A stretch of 63,282 bases of DNA, counting the filler, from Octopus bimaculoides (Eukaryota): the NCBI RefSeq assembly GCF_001194135.2. It is 8 parts of 8 records of this genome, joined end to end, with 100 filler letters (N's around TTAATTAATTAA, not from the genome) between each part and the next. Parts side by side here need not be neighbours in the genome. Positions count along the whole stretch, not along the records: positions 17,920 to 45,974 come from NC_068996.1; 7 more parts are not named here. One strand, given 5' to 3'. The notes under the pieces are model-generated. The model had not been told where the DNA came from and did not search any database. It saw nothing but the letters and a program-made list of their open reading frames with translations. Positions 24,046 through 36,500 of the stretch are shown here, piece by piece (the first letter of the stretch is position 1; each line of letters begins with the position of its first letter). The translations under genes were made by a program, and so were the position numbers.

Positions 24046-25782
24046 TGGAAGGACCCAAGACCAGATTTGGCTAGGGTACTCACTAAAGAAATTTAGTATT
24101 TTACAAGGGAGGCTGAGGGAATAACTCCAAGATTGTCTTAACGGAGGAATAATATCAGATTGGATGATTAGAGGGAGTAGAATATTCCTTATGAAAGATA
24201 ATAGCAAGAGTAATACCGGTAACTGTAGACCAATCACTTGTTTACCATTAGTGTGGAAGCTGTTAACAGGAATGCTTTCAGAAAGTATTTACGAGCGTCT
24301 TGACAACCAGTACATACTACTTGAAGAACAGAAAGGTTGTACTGGAAGAAGGCTAGAAGATCGCATGATCTATTATGCATAGACAAAGCAGTTCTAAAGG
24401 AAGTAAAAGCTAGGAAGAAAAATCTAACAATAGCATGGATAGATTATAGGAAAGCCCATGACATGATCCCATGAGTATATTCAGTATAGCAGACATGGTA
24501 ACCGAATAAGGTAAGAGAATAAATTAGCTTTAGCATGAAGAAATGGAAACAGGATCTATACGCAGATGACACTCTTAGGAAAAGAGGAATTTTCCAGGGG
24601 TACTCGTTGTCCCCTTTAATATTTGTCTTATGTTTGATAACCTTCAGTTTAGTATTTGGGAAGGCAAAGCAGGGTATCAGTTCAGAAATAGTAGTGGAAA
24701 AATTAACTATTTGCTCTACGTGAATGACCTGAAGCTCTTTAGTAAGAATGAAACAGAGATAGATTCCTTAATGCAGACTGTAAGACTCTTCAGCAAAGAT
24801 ATAGGCATGAAATTTGGCATAGATAAGTGTGCAATATTAGTCATGAGAAGGAGACAGGTAGTCAACACCGGAGGCATCCGATTACTAGACGGCCAGATAT
24901 TAGAATCATTGAAAGGAGGAGAGAGTAACAAGTATCTAGGAGTATGAGAAGCTGACACAGTACTAACTACAGAAATGAAAATTGTGAAAGAGTACATCAG
25001 AAAGGTCAGGAAAGTAATGAAGTCAAAGCTAAATGATCCGAATCTAGTGAAGGTTGTAAATACTTGGGCGGTGTCATTACTTAGATACTCAGCAGCTTTT
25101 GTAGATTGGACTAAAACTGAATTAGCAAAGCTAGACAGAAGAACTCGGAAGAAATTCAATGTGAATGGAGGGTTACACCAAAGAGCAAGCATAGCAACAT
25201 TATACTTACCTAGAAAGGAAGGCGGAAGAGGGTTAATATCAGTAGAAGACTGCGTGGAGTTAACTAGATTAGATATAGACTCGTATTAAAAGCTACTGGA
25301 GTCACGGCAAGAAATAGGGAAACCAAAAAACCCAAACGAACTTAAAAATCAGAAAAAATAATAGGAATTACCTGATTTGCAGGAGAAGACATTTCATGGT
25401 AGATCCCCAAAGATAGTTTCAGAAAATACTAGAAGTGAGACATGGCTATGTTTACAGAAAGGAAAACTGAACAAGAAGAAAGAAAGTTTGTTAGTAGCAG
25501 CATAAGATCAAGCATTAAGGACTAATAAAAGCCATGATAGACAAGAACTAAGTAGATTCCCAATGTAGGTTATGCAAATCAAAAGTGGAAGGCATTACAC
25601 ATATAGTAAAATTAATATAGCATGCGGCACAGAAAGGATACAAGAAAAGGCAAGACAACCTAGGGAGAGTAATCCACTGGGAATTATGGAGAAAGCTAGG
25701 ATTTGAACACACTATTAACCAGTATGAACAAGAACCTAGTAAAGTAATAGAAAGTAAGAAATACAAGTTTTGCATATATGAA
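24046..25782 (+). mobile_element. R4/Dong-clade LINE reverse-transcriptase fragment
   Basis: NCRPITCLPLVWKLLTG, EEQKGC, AWIDYRKAHDMIP, RGIFQGYSLSPLIFVLCL, LLYVNDLKLFSKNE, GMKFGIDKCA, KYLGV, LYLPRKEGGRGL, then a C-terminal CRLC..H..C-like block. Bounded by (AAT)n on both sides; contains stops and frameshifts. Confidence 0.9.
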
Positions 25783-25856
<74 letters not shown>

Positions 25857-25870
25857 TAACAATAACAACA
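25783..25870. repeat. (AAT)n microsatellite
   Basis: Direct reading. Confidence 0.95.
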
Positions 25871-26130
25871 ACAGTGAGCGCAAATCTCCGCCAAGACAAC
25901 ACCAACGTCCTCTCAACGATTAGCCAGAGATGATTTTTAAAATGAGAATATCTCAAATAAACTTGACTGCCCTCACAAACGAGAATACTAAAAATGGACC
26001 CGAACGCTCTCAAAAATTAAATTTAAAAAAACAGCCGGAAAACTAATGCAGAATCTTTGACCGATATCTAATCGATCCCAATGGTAATCATGGAATGTGA
26101 AGGTGGCGGGCCAGAGATTTCTGGCAGTTA
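25870..26130. repeat. Unclassified interspersed repeat fragment
   Basis: GCAAATCTCCGCCAAGAC...CGATTAGCCAGAGATGATTTTTAAAATGAGAATATC resembles an abundant octopus repeat from memory. Single copy in this window. Confidence 0.35.
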
Positions 26131-26587
26131 TCCATGATAGGACCTGGCTCGAATGTCCGAAATAGACCAACTTGTTATTCTTCGTCGATGCTTAGAACTT
26201 CTCCGAGAACATCGCTCTTACCCATTACTAGATTTCTGCATATTGCTACTGTAGAACGTCCACCGACTCTATTGCTCGACTGGCGGAGAGCAATGAGAGC
26301 ATGCGCCTGATGACATTCCAGATGGCAGGCGCATAAGCTTGCTCTTTTCTGGGGACAGGATTGCAGCGCAATCAAAGAGATGAGCTGCGGAAAATAATAA
26401 TAATAATAATGATGATAATAATAATAATAACAACAACAATAATGGTTTCTTTTATTTGCGACAACAGCGAAGGATGAGGAGGACAATACAAAGACAGACA
26501 TAAAGTGGGGGATGGGGTTACATATAATGGAATGATAAGATAAAAAGTATACGCGGTATACATTAGAAGGAGGGAAGTATATATAGT

Positions 26588-26855
26588 TGTTCTGATGAGA
26601 GTAATAGCATCCCCTTGCATGAGGTAGACTGGTCCGAGTAAAGCATAAATAGTAATGGTCCGAGTGAGTTTGGGGTCCAGAGTTTGGAATCGAGTGAAGT
26701 TAGTGTTAGTTCGCAGTGAAGTCGGAAGGTGTCGGTTGGTTAGTTTGCAAGGAATATTGATTGTTGGTTCGTAAATAGAATTGTTAGGTCATTACACTAT
26801 TTTTACTGTTGTCTGGTTCTCTTATTTATTGCACGTAACAAATTACGCTATAACA
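26588..26855 (+). repeat. 5' LTR (268 bp)
   Basis: Aligns with 30941-31181 + 32289-32308. Confidence 0.9.
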
Positions 26856-29800
26856 TCTGGCGATGCAACTGAGAAGCTCTCGTAGATTATTTAACAATTT
26901 ATTCGAGATACAACTAGTTAAACAATAGAAGACCTATTAGCTTCCATAGTACAGTTGCAAAAGCAACAACAAGAGCAGCAACAGGATTTGCAAATGCAAC
27001 TATTACAGCAACAATTACAACAACAACAATTATTGGAGCTATATTCAATGAAGTCCAAAAATGAGATAAATTCGCTTTCGCCAGACGGCATTTCGAACTC
27101 AGTTAATGAATTCAGTTATAACCCAGAGGAGGGTATAACTTTTGCATCATCCTACAGAAGGTACGAGGAGATTTTTAAGCAAGATTGCAAATCATGGTCG
27201 GACAAACAAAATGTGAGATTGTTATTTCGAAAATTAGCTCCGTTGGAGCATGAACGTTATCGTAATTTCATATTGCCCTAAAAAAAAAAAAAAAACAATG
27301 AAATTTCTTTTAAAGAAACACTAGAATTACTGTCTACAATATTCGGTGATAAAATGTCTTTATTTAACACTAGAAAAGAGTAGAAGAATATAAGAAAAAA
27401 GAGAATGATCATTTTATCACAAATGCAAGAACAGACAATAGGATGTGTGAAAGCTTTAAACTCAAAGAACTTATACCTGAGATGTTCAAGTGTCTTACTT
27501 TCGTACAAGGCCTTACAGCAAGCAAAGATACAGAAATTCGAGCAAGAATTCTTTCAAAATTGGAGCAAGTGAGCCAACATCTAACCTTACAGGATGGTAA
27601 ACCGAGAAAGACGATGCAAAAAAAAAAAAAAAAATTCAAGAAAAGGATTTCTCAAAAATACAGATATGCCGACCGGAAAAGTACAACTAAAAAGGAGTAC
27701 CACGTCCTAATCCAAGTTATGGATGTGGAGAAACAGAAAAAAACTGTCCATTAAAAAATCAAAAATGTTATAGTTGCAAAAGAATTGATCAGAAATGTTC
27801 ACACTACAGAACAAAATTTTAAAGGCCAAACGTTAAAAATCCTACAGTACTCTCAGCAGAAACAAAAATCGACTCCCAAATAAGAAAATTCGTACACATA
27901 AAAATAAATGGTATACATATTAAGCCTCAACTGGAAACTGAAAGTAGTATTTCAATAATAAATATGCACACATGGAAGAAAATAGGGAAACTTATGCTGA
28001 GAAAATCAACGAAATCTGCTCGTAGCTTGACGAGAGATAAATTATATTTCATAGGTGAATTGTGGACTAATGTCACATTTCGAGGGAAAGCGTGTAAGGC
28101 GAAAGTCTTCGTCATTACAACTGCAACCGATCTGTTTTGGTACAGATTGGTTGGAATTATTCGATTTATGGGACCTCCATGTAAATCTCGATTGTAAAAA
28201 TGTAAATGATGGTCTATCTAAAAATAATTCGTCAGAGAGTTAAAGAGAAAACTATTTTAAATGTTTGCGCAAGTACTCTCGGACAAACTAGATCTATGAC
28301 TAAAGCGTGTTTTGGATTAGATGATAACGTTACACCTGTGATCAGACCTAACAGGAAAGTGCCTTTTGCGGCAATAAAGTAAATGGTCGATGAGTTGGAC
28401 AGATTGGGAAAAAAACCCTGAATCTTTGAAAATGTGGATTACGTGAAATGTATGTATACAAAGGAAAAATAACAAAATTATGTCATTTCGACCGGTAAAA
28501 ATGACTCTTTAAAAATGAAACATTATCCGCTACCGACCCCAGAAGATATTTTTACAAAACTAAACGGAGGTATAATATTTTCAAAACTCATTCTGTCTGA
28601 CGTATATCTTACAAAGTAAATAAAACAATCATGTTCTAAGCCGCTAACGGTCAACACGCACCGAGGTCTGTACAAATACAATAGACTTGTTTTTGGACAC
28701 GATATTGGCAGACTGTCAATTTGCTATTCCTTATTTTGATGACGTGTTAATCAAAAGCGAATCGCGGAATAAGTATATCGAATACGTGAAGTGGCTTTAA
28801 AAAATTAAGGATTATGGTTTCACACTTACTGAAATCAAATAATTAGGTCAAATCATGGATAAGAAGGAAAGACGTTCTGACCCTTCGATGGCAGACGCAA
28901 TCAAGAATATGCCGACATTACAAGATTTCCTTGGCCTAGTAAATTACTATCAACAGTACATTCCTAATTTACATAAATTGAGAGCACCTTTAAAGGATTT
29001 ACTAAAAAAAGAAGTAAAATGGAATTGGTCAGTAATGTGCCAAGACGCATTTGAAGACTTGAAAATACTAATTTCTGACTTGTCACTCGCGCATTTCGAA
29101 TCTAGAATGGACATTGTTATAACGTCTGACGCTTCGTAATATGGAATAAGGCCAGTCTTGCTACACAAGTATAAAGATGGAAATATGAAATCAATAGTCC
29201 ATGCTTCACGTTCGCTGATAGCAGCGGAAAAAATATGGTCAGATACAGAAGGAAGCTCTATCTGTTATTTTTGCGGTAAAAAACTTTCACAAATTTCGAC
29301 ATGGTAGAAGTTTTTTGTTACAAACCGACCATCGACCTTTGCAATCAATTTTTGGATTAAAGAAGGGATTGCTTATCATTACAACGAACCGACTACAACA
29401 CTGGGGTACAATATTATTGAACTACAATTTCAAGATGCAGTATATTCCGTCGAAGAAGATTGGCCATGCAGACTGCTTATCGAGGTTAATTTTCAAGAGT
29501 GTGGAACCGAACCCCTAGAAGAGATCGTGATAGCGACATTGCAGTTAGAAAGTGAAGTAGGAAGTATCATGTGTAATATAAACCTGGGACTGCAGGTGAC
29601 AGCGTGTGATAAAAAAATGAAATCCGCAGAGGGTAGTTACATTACAAGAATGAAAGAAGCATTAAAAAATAAACATAAAATTACAAATTCAAATAATTTC
29701 TCACTATGTGATGATGTCTTAATGTACGTGCAGACAGTAGTCGTATCAAATGCACAACAGAAATGAGTATTGCAACAATTCCACAGTGGGCACCAGCGTA

Positions 29801-30940
29801 TTCCAGAATGGAAGTTTTAATGAGGAGATTTGTATATTGACCGGCTATGGACAGGCACATCGAGAAATTGGTGAAAGCATGTAGTGGTTGCGCGTTGGTA
29901 GCCAACGCACCACCAGTAAAATATCAATCGTAGCCAGAGACAAAGAGCACGCGGTGCAGGATACATATCGACTACGCTGGACCAGTGAATGGCGCATACT
30001 ATCTAATCGATGTGGATAGCTATACAAAGTGGCCAGAGAAATGTATAAGTAATAAACCCACGTCAAAGACAACAAAAGACATTCCTACTCGAGTCATTTG
30101 CACTATACAGTGTTCCAGACTTTCAGGTAATGAAACACGATTCAAAGGATATGAATTAAGAAATTCCTGCAAAATACATCCCTAAAGCAAATCTTTACCT
30201 CGCACTACCACTCGAGGTCAGATGGGCAGGCGGAAAGATTTGTCGACAAAAAAAGCTAGGAACGAGCTAGATAATGACGAGGCACTAACGACATTTTTGA
30301 GATTATATAGAATAATGGTAATTCCAAATACTAATTCAGGAAAGTCACCAGCAGAGATAATGTTCGCCTGTAAAATAAAATCGATCTTCGATAAATTATT
30401 GCCAGGAAAAATACATATAAAGGAAAGGCAAAAAATACATTTGAAGGAAATGCAAGAAATATTATAAAACATCTCGAAGTAAGTTTATTTTTAAAATTAC
30501 AAAAGTGGTAAAGAAGGTTAGGAGAATGGCTGTGTAATCAAAGATTAGGTAACATGATGCATTTAATTAAAAGCCAACGTTCGGAACATAAGAGACACCT
30601 TAACCAGTTAAAGATGAGACATACAGAAGAACGAAGGGTAATACCAATAGAAGTCTTCTATGATATGTTTGAAGTGCCAGCACCGAGAGTTAGTGAATCC
30701 AGTAAAACTAACTTCAGAAAACGAAAACAGACTGAATATCTGGAAGTAATACCTAAGCGAAAGAGATATTAAATTGTCAAGAAAAGAAAAAAGGCAAGAG
30801 TGCTAATAAGAGTGCTTAGTGCTGTGTGCAACGAACAATACTACCTTAAAAGTTGGGCAACAGCTAAAAAACAAAAGAAAGCGGGAGTGACGCTGGAAAA
30901 AAATTAAAATAAAATAAATTCCACTTTCTCAAAAGGAGAA

Positions 30941-31181
30941 TGGTTGAGATGAGATTTACGACGCACTCTTGCGAGAGATAGACTGGTCCGAGTAAAGTAT
31001 AAATAGTACGATCCGTATCAGTTCAGAGTTCGGAGTCGAGTGAAGTTAGAGTTAGTTCACAGTGAAGTCGGAAGGTGTCGGCTGGTTAGTTCACAAGGAC
31101 AATTGATTGTTGGTTCGTAAAGAGATTTGTTAGTTCGTTAGGTTGCTTTTACCGTTGCCTGGTTATCTTATTTATTGTACA
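30941..31181 (+). repeat. 3' LTR, main part (last 20 bp displaced to 32289-32308)
   Basis: TAGACTGGTCCGAGTAAAG...GAAGTCGGAAGGTGTCGG...CTTATTTATTG shared with the 5' LTR. Confidence 0.9.
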
Positions 31182-32288
31182 CTAGCAGAGGCACCCAGCG
31201 TTGGTTGGGAATGAAATTGTTGCTTATATACTTGAAGAAAAAAAGGCAAAATATGCTGTATAGAAATTTGAGGGCATTCTGTAGATGGACTCTCAGATGA
31301 ATGATGGCTGGGCGCCTCCCATGAATGGGAAAATTGAATATGTGCCAAAAAGCCTCATTGGTACTTGGAAACTTTTACGAAAATTAAAATGGGGATTAAA
31401 TGAAAAAAATGATTTACGTGAATATCCTCACAAGAGTAATTGAAATAAATGGCGATTGTGGAACACCCCACGCACGCACGCGCGCGCGCATACACATGTG
31501 TGTCTTTGTAAATATGTTTGTATACATTTATGTATGTGTGTGTTTGTAAGAGACAGAGTGNNNNNNNNNNTGAATATCCTCACAAGAGTAATTGAAATAA
31601 ATGGCGATTGTGGAACACCCCACGCACGCACGCGCGCGCGCATACACATGTGTGTCTTTGTAAATATGTTTGTATACATTTATGTATGTGTGTGTTTGTA
31701 AGAGACAGAGTGTGAGTGAGAGAGAGGTTTGTTGTCATGTATACGTACATTCATAAATATACATACATCTTTGGATGTACGCATATGACAACACAGCCCT
31801 TGACTCACTCACACTCTGTCTCTTACAAACACGCACGCACGCGCATACACACGTGTGTCTTTGTAAATACGTTTGTATACATTTATGTATGTGTGTGTTT
31901 GTAAGAGACAGAGTGTGAGTGAGTAAATGGGTGTGTGTGTGTGCGTGTGTATATGTGTGAGACAGAGTGAGAGAGCGGTGTGTATGTAGTATTTACTCTC
32001 TCTCTCTCTCTCTCTCTCTCTCATACACACTCACACACAAAATAGAGATTGAAGCTTTTTGCCGTTGTTGCGTGAATACCGGAAGTTAATATTGAGGAAC
32101 CTTTTTAAAGAAGTGAATCTTAAATATAAAGCAATATTATTTATTTTTAATTAAAAAAATCAAATGAAGAGCCTAACATTTATCCGAGGTCAAATTATTC
32201 AGGCATCACAAATATGGAGGCATTTGGTGATGTCGATTTCATGTGAAAAGCGATTACACACACATCTCTGTTTTATATATAGTATAGA
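31182..32288 (-). mobile_element. Non-autonomous Helitron inserted into the Gypsy 3' LTR
   Basis: Minus-strand 5' TC and 3' CTAG, inserted between A(31181) and T(32289) with no TSD. Hairpin CCCAGC-GTTG-GTTGGG 12 bp from the CTAG end. Removing it restores LTR collinearity. Confidence 0.85.
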
Positions 32289-32452
32289 TAACAAATTACC
32301 TTACAACAATAGTATACGGCACTAGAAAAAAAAGTAGTGGTGACAGGGTCTCCCTGATACAGGAAGACCTCTAGAGATAATCAAGGAACACCACCATTCA
32401 AGATCATCCTGAATACCAAGGACAAGAGACCTCTCTAACTCCTTTCTTCTGA

Positions 32453-33514
32453 CTACACTAAGAGTGGTCTACACTAATAGTGGTCTACACTAATAGTGGT
32501 CTACACTAAGAGTGGTCTACACTAATAGTGGTCTACACTAATAGTGGTCTACACTAAGAGTGGTCTACACTAATAGTGGTCTACACTAAGAGTGGTCTAC
32601 ACTAATAGTGGTCTACACTAAGAGTGGTCTACACTAATAGTGGTCTACACTAAGAGTGGTCTACACTAANNNNNNNNNNNNNNNNNNNNNNNNNNNNNNN
32701 NNNNNNNNNNNNNNNNNNNNNNNNNNNNNNNNNNNNNNNNNNNNNNNNNNNNNNNNNNNNNNNNNNNNNNNNNNNNNNNNNNNNNNNNNNNNNNNNNNNN
32801 NNNNNNNNNNNNNNNNNNNNNNNNNNNNNNNNNNNNNNNNNNNNNNNNNNNNNNNNNNNNNNNNNNNNNNNNNNNNNNNNNNNNNNNNNNNNNNNNNNNN
32901 NNNNNNNNNNNNNNNNNNNNNNNNNNNNNNNNNNNNNNNNNNNNNNNNNNNNNNNNNNNNNNNNNNNNNNNNNNNNNNNNNNNNNNNNNNNNNNNNNNNN
33001 NNNNNNNNNNNNNNNNNNNNNNNNNNNNNNNNNNNNNNNNNNNNNNNNNNNNNNNNNNNNNNNNNNNNNNNNNNNNNNNNNNNNNNNNNNNNNNNNNNNN
33101 NNNNNNNNNNNNNNNNNNNNNNNNNNNNNNNNNNNNNNNNNNNNNNNNNNNNNNNNNNNNNNNNNNNNNNNNNNNNNNNNNNNNNNNNNNNNNACTACAC
33201 TAAGAGTGGTCTACACTAATAGTGGTCTACACTAATAGTGGTCTACACTAAGAGTGGTCTACACTAATAGTGGTCTACACTAATAGTGGTCTACACTAAG
33301 AGTGGTCTACACTAATAGTGGTCTACACTAAGAGTGGTCTACACTAATAGTGGTCTACACTAAGAGTGGTCTACACTAAGATTAGTCTACACTAATAGTG
33401 GTATACACTAATAGTGGTCTACACTAAGATTAGTCTACACTAATAGTGGTCTACACTAAGAGTGGTCTACACTAAGAGTGGTCTACACTAAGAGTGGTCT
33501 ACACTAAGAGTGGT
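32453..33514. repeat. 16-bp minisatellite CTACACTAA(G/T)AGTGGT
   Basis: 13 full units before and 20 after the N-gap. Two main variants plus rare CTACACTAAGATTAGT. Confidence 0.95.
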
Positions 33515-36500
33515 ATCATCCACTCTTGCCATTTTCGCAGCTTTCACCCACCTTTCCATTAATTCGCTCGAGGACAGCACCTCCCACTCTATCGTCACTT
33601 TCCTTTCAGATAAAACTTGAAGAAGTTGATGAGCACTTTACAAAAGAGGAATGTTTCTTTTGCTCATTCCTTTCAGCCTCGACCACACAACCTCTTTCGC
33701 CACAACCACCAGACAAAGGAAAACCGCCTTATCTGCGAGATTAAAGGATGGCAGCGAAGCAATCACTATTATGGAATCGACTGAAAGACTGATCTGTCCC
33801 ACACGCGACAGCCGCTGTTCAACATATATCCACAAGTCAGCAATGCCCGGACACTGAACGAATGCATGCAGAATGATTTCCTCGCTCTATGATCACATCG
33901 GTAAAGCCTGTCTGACAACACATCCGTGCTTGTAGAGTTTATCACGAACCGGTAATGCTCCCGGTAGCACTGCCAGGCCAAAAACATCTGGAAATTATCC
34001 ACAACAGTCCCCGACCGGAAAGTTCTCCGGAAAAAAAAACTTGCCGCTTCGTCTTCACCGACGCCTAGGTTTTTCCTAGGACGTCGTCGCACTTCCCCGC
34101 TACTAATCCTCTATACATATATGTAGCTAAAGTGGAACATCCACCGATTCTACTCCCCAACTTGTAGAATGATGACGACAGTGAGCGCCTGGTAACATTT
34201 TAAGCGCCAGGCGCTCAGTTTCGGCCTATCTATAGCCAAGACTGCATCTCCATCAAGGATTCGAGCTGCAGAAAAGCGTGTTTCACAAACTAAACCCACA
34301 CACGTTCACCTACAAATCGTTGCAGGTTGTGCAACACGAGTTCATGTCTGCGCATCAAAAGCTATGGCATGCCTAACCCGCCACGCATAGGGGGTTTGCA
34401 GCAGACCGACCGCCCGACCATTCGAAAGCGTCCCTTCCACAAGAAGATAAACAGGATACGCTCCAATCTAATCAAGTAGTAACTGCGGCAAGGCACGATG
34501 GTCAGACGATAAATAATGACAGAGGTGATGTAGGCATTCTCTACCTCTGCTCAACCTTTCTTCCCATTTCTGGGTAAGAGAGGTCACCTTGTTTGTCATC
34601 TCTTCTCAATTCTTAAGCACCTGGAGGTCAGGACCAAACCAGACCCCGAGTAGTTTAACTGGCCCGTCAGTCCAGCGTCTGATAACGCCGTCCAACGGTA
34701 TCGATCTGCCTCACCAGGTGGCCAGACATAATCCCACCGACTCGTCAGCGTTGATTTTGGCCCCTGCAACTGACATATTCCTTTTCAATGGGGCCGACTG
34801 CCTCCCCTTCGGAGGCGTCCGACTCCACGATTGTGAAGTCGTCCGTGTATGCAGACACTGCCTGTTCGAGTCTAATTTCGAAAGAGAGGCCTCTTAACTA
34901 CTGTTCCAGTTTTACAGCAGTAGCTCGAAAGCGAGCACATACAGATGAGGTGACGTGCGATCGGTTCCGATAGGTTGCGCCTTCTACTTTGACCACTGAG
35001 CAGGTGCCACTGTGCGTTGCAGTAATCCAGTCTCTGAAAATGGGTCCGAAACCTACCGCTGTAAGGACGGCTTCCAAGTAACGATGGTCTACACTATTGA
35101 AAGCTTTCAGGACCCCACCAAAATTGATCAGGACCCCACCGAAGCCAGCTTTAGACGCAGCCTTCTCTACCATATATTGTATAAGTTGGGGTTTGTCCTG
35201 GATAGACTTGTTCGGGATTGCGCACTTTTCTGTCTCCCTTACCACACTACCAACAACAAGCGCCAACCTATTCGCTAACACATTAGCCAAAATCTTAAAC
35301 TCTGTGTTTAGCAGAGTTATGGGCCGAAAATTCCCTAGCACGTCCCCATTGTCGGCGTCCATTCTCAGCAGTGTTACCACACCCGGATGACAATACTAGG
35401 AATCCCCCCGTTCTGCTTCCAGATACTGTAGACATCTGCCAAGAGGCTGTCTAACAAATCTGGCATGAAAGCAGAGAATTCGTAGGGCAGACGATCCAAA
35501 CCGGGTGATCTGCGACTTACGCAATCGCTCATCGCTTCCCGTATTTCAGTGGCTCTAATCAGTTTTTCGCAGAATCTTGCGTCTGTTACCGAGAGCCATG
35601 GTAGACTGTCTAGGTACGAAGTAAAGTTCGCTAGTGTCGTCGGCCCATCACCCTCACCAAACAGCTGCGCAAAGTGCTGCTGGAAAGCCGCACACATCTT
35701 GTTAGAACCGAATAGCACGCCTCCGTCTTGATCCATGAAAAACTTGATCGTGGTTTTGTTTCCACATCGCGTCTGTACCGTTCGGGCCCATCGGCGGTTT
35801 TAGTTCCTTCGTGATTTAATGCACGAGCCTTAGCCCTGACAACGCACCCTTCGTGTTTCACCTCAAAGAAATGGTCAAGCGTCATTCTCGCCGCAAACAC
35901 GTCGGTCGCGATACCTTTACTAATAGCCTCTACTTGTTTGCTAACTAGTTCTCCCTCTAATTTCTTTCTTTATATAGCTAAATTTTTGCTAAACGATTTC
36001 CCTTGTCAACTGCCGCTTGATAAGTTCGCTAATCCGATCTCTGTATTCTTTGCGAGGCGGTAAGAAAGCATTCAACTTCCAGTAATCGGATCCCTGTCTA
36101 CTTAAATTTGTGATTTGTGTGGCCGACCAATTTAAAATGTGGACAACCTATGCTCTCCCTATTCTCTAACCTAACAAATACTTTATCTAAATACGCTCTG
36201 GATGACCTGCTGTGATATCAAGAAAGTTCAGTCGGTACCTATGAGAAAGCTGAATAATTCTGAGCAGATTTTCGAGATCAAAGGATTTCTGGAGCAGCAC
36301 TGCTACACAGCCACCCGCTCCCGATAGATCACAAGATAAGAATACTGCGTAGTCCTCGACAATGGATGCTACAACGTGTTTTTCATTGTTTCATTAATGG
36401 CAGTCACATCCAAATCAACTGATCTGAGATTGTTGAGCAAGAGATCTTGCTTCCAAGCTGATTCTAAGCCACGCACATTCACACACCCTATTCTCAGCAC

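Larger units (their letters stand above)
26588..32308 (+). mobile_element. Full-length decayed Ty3/Gypsy LTR retrotransposon (Mag-like)
   Basis: 5' LTR TG...CA 26588-26855; PBS TGGCGATG at 26858; gag (FSYNPEEGITF...KCLTFVQGL, CxxC knuckles); protease-RT (LQDFLGLVNYY)-RNaseH (TSDAS, LQTDHRPL, GHADCLSRL)-integrase (RIHIDYAGP, LIDVDSYTKWPE, GKSPAEIMF); PPT AAAAGGAGAA 30931-30940; 3' LTR 30941-32308 (split by Helitron); TSD ATAGT at 26583-26587 and 32309-32313. All ORFs are broken. Confidence 0.92.

Noticed and set aside
23805-24096. Poly-Ser/Leu/Thr ORFs (also poly-Ile, poly-Glu and poly-Arg ORFs at 11182, 25548 and 56893-57369)
   Set aside because: Trinucleotide microsatellites read in frame; no coding evidence.
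26301-26334. SECIS- or K-turn-like ATGA...GA motif in the hairpin
   Set aside because: Only ~6 nt separate ATGAC and GATG, too short for SECIS helix II and its apical AA loop.
31420-31711. Exact ~140-bp tandem duplication
   Set aside because: The copies flank a 10-N gap, typical of unmerged contig overlap.
32670-33193. Apparent ~1-kb length of the 16-bp minisatellite
   Set aside because: The post-gap sequence restarts with the unique array start (ACTACAC) and repeats the same variant order, so the array may be assembled twice and be only ~320 bp.
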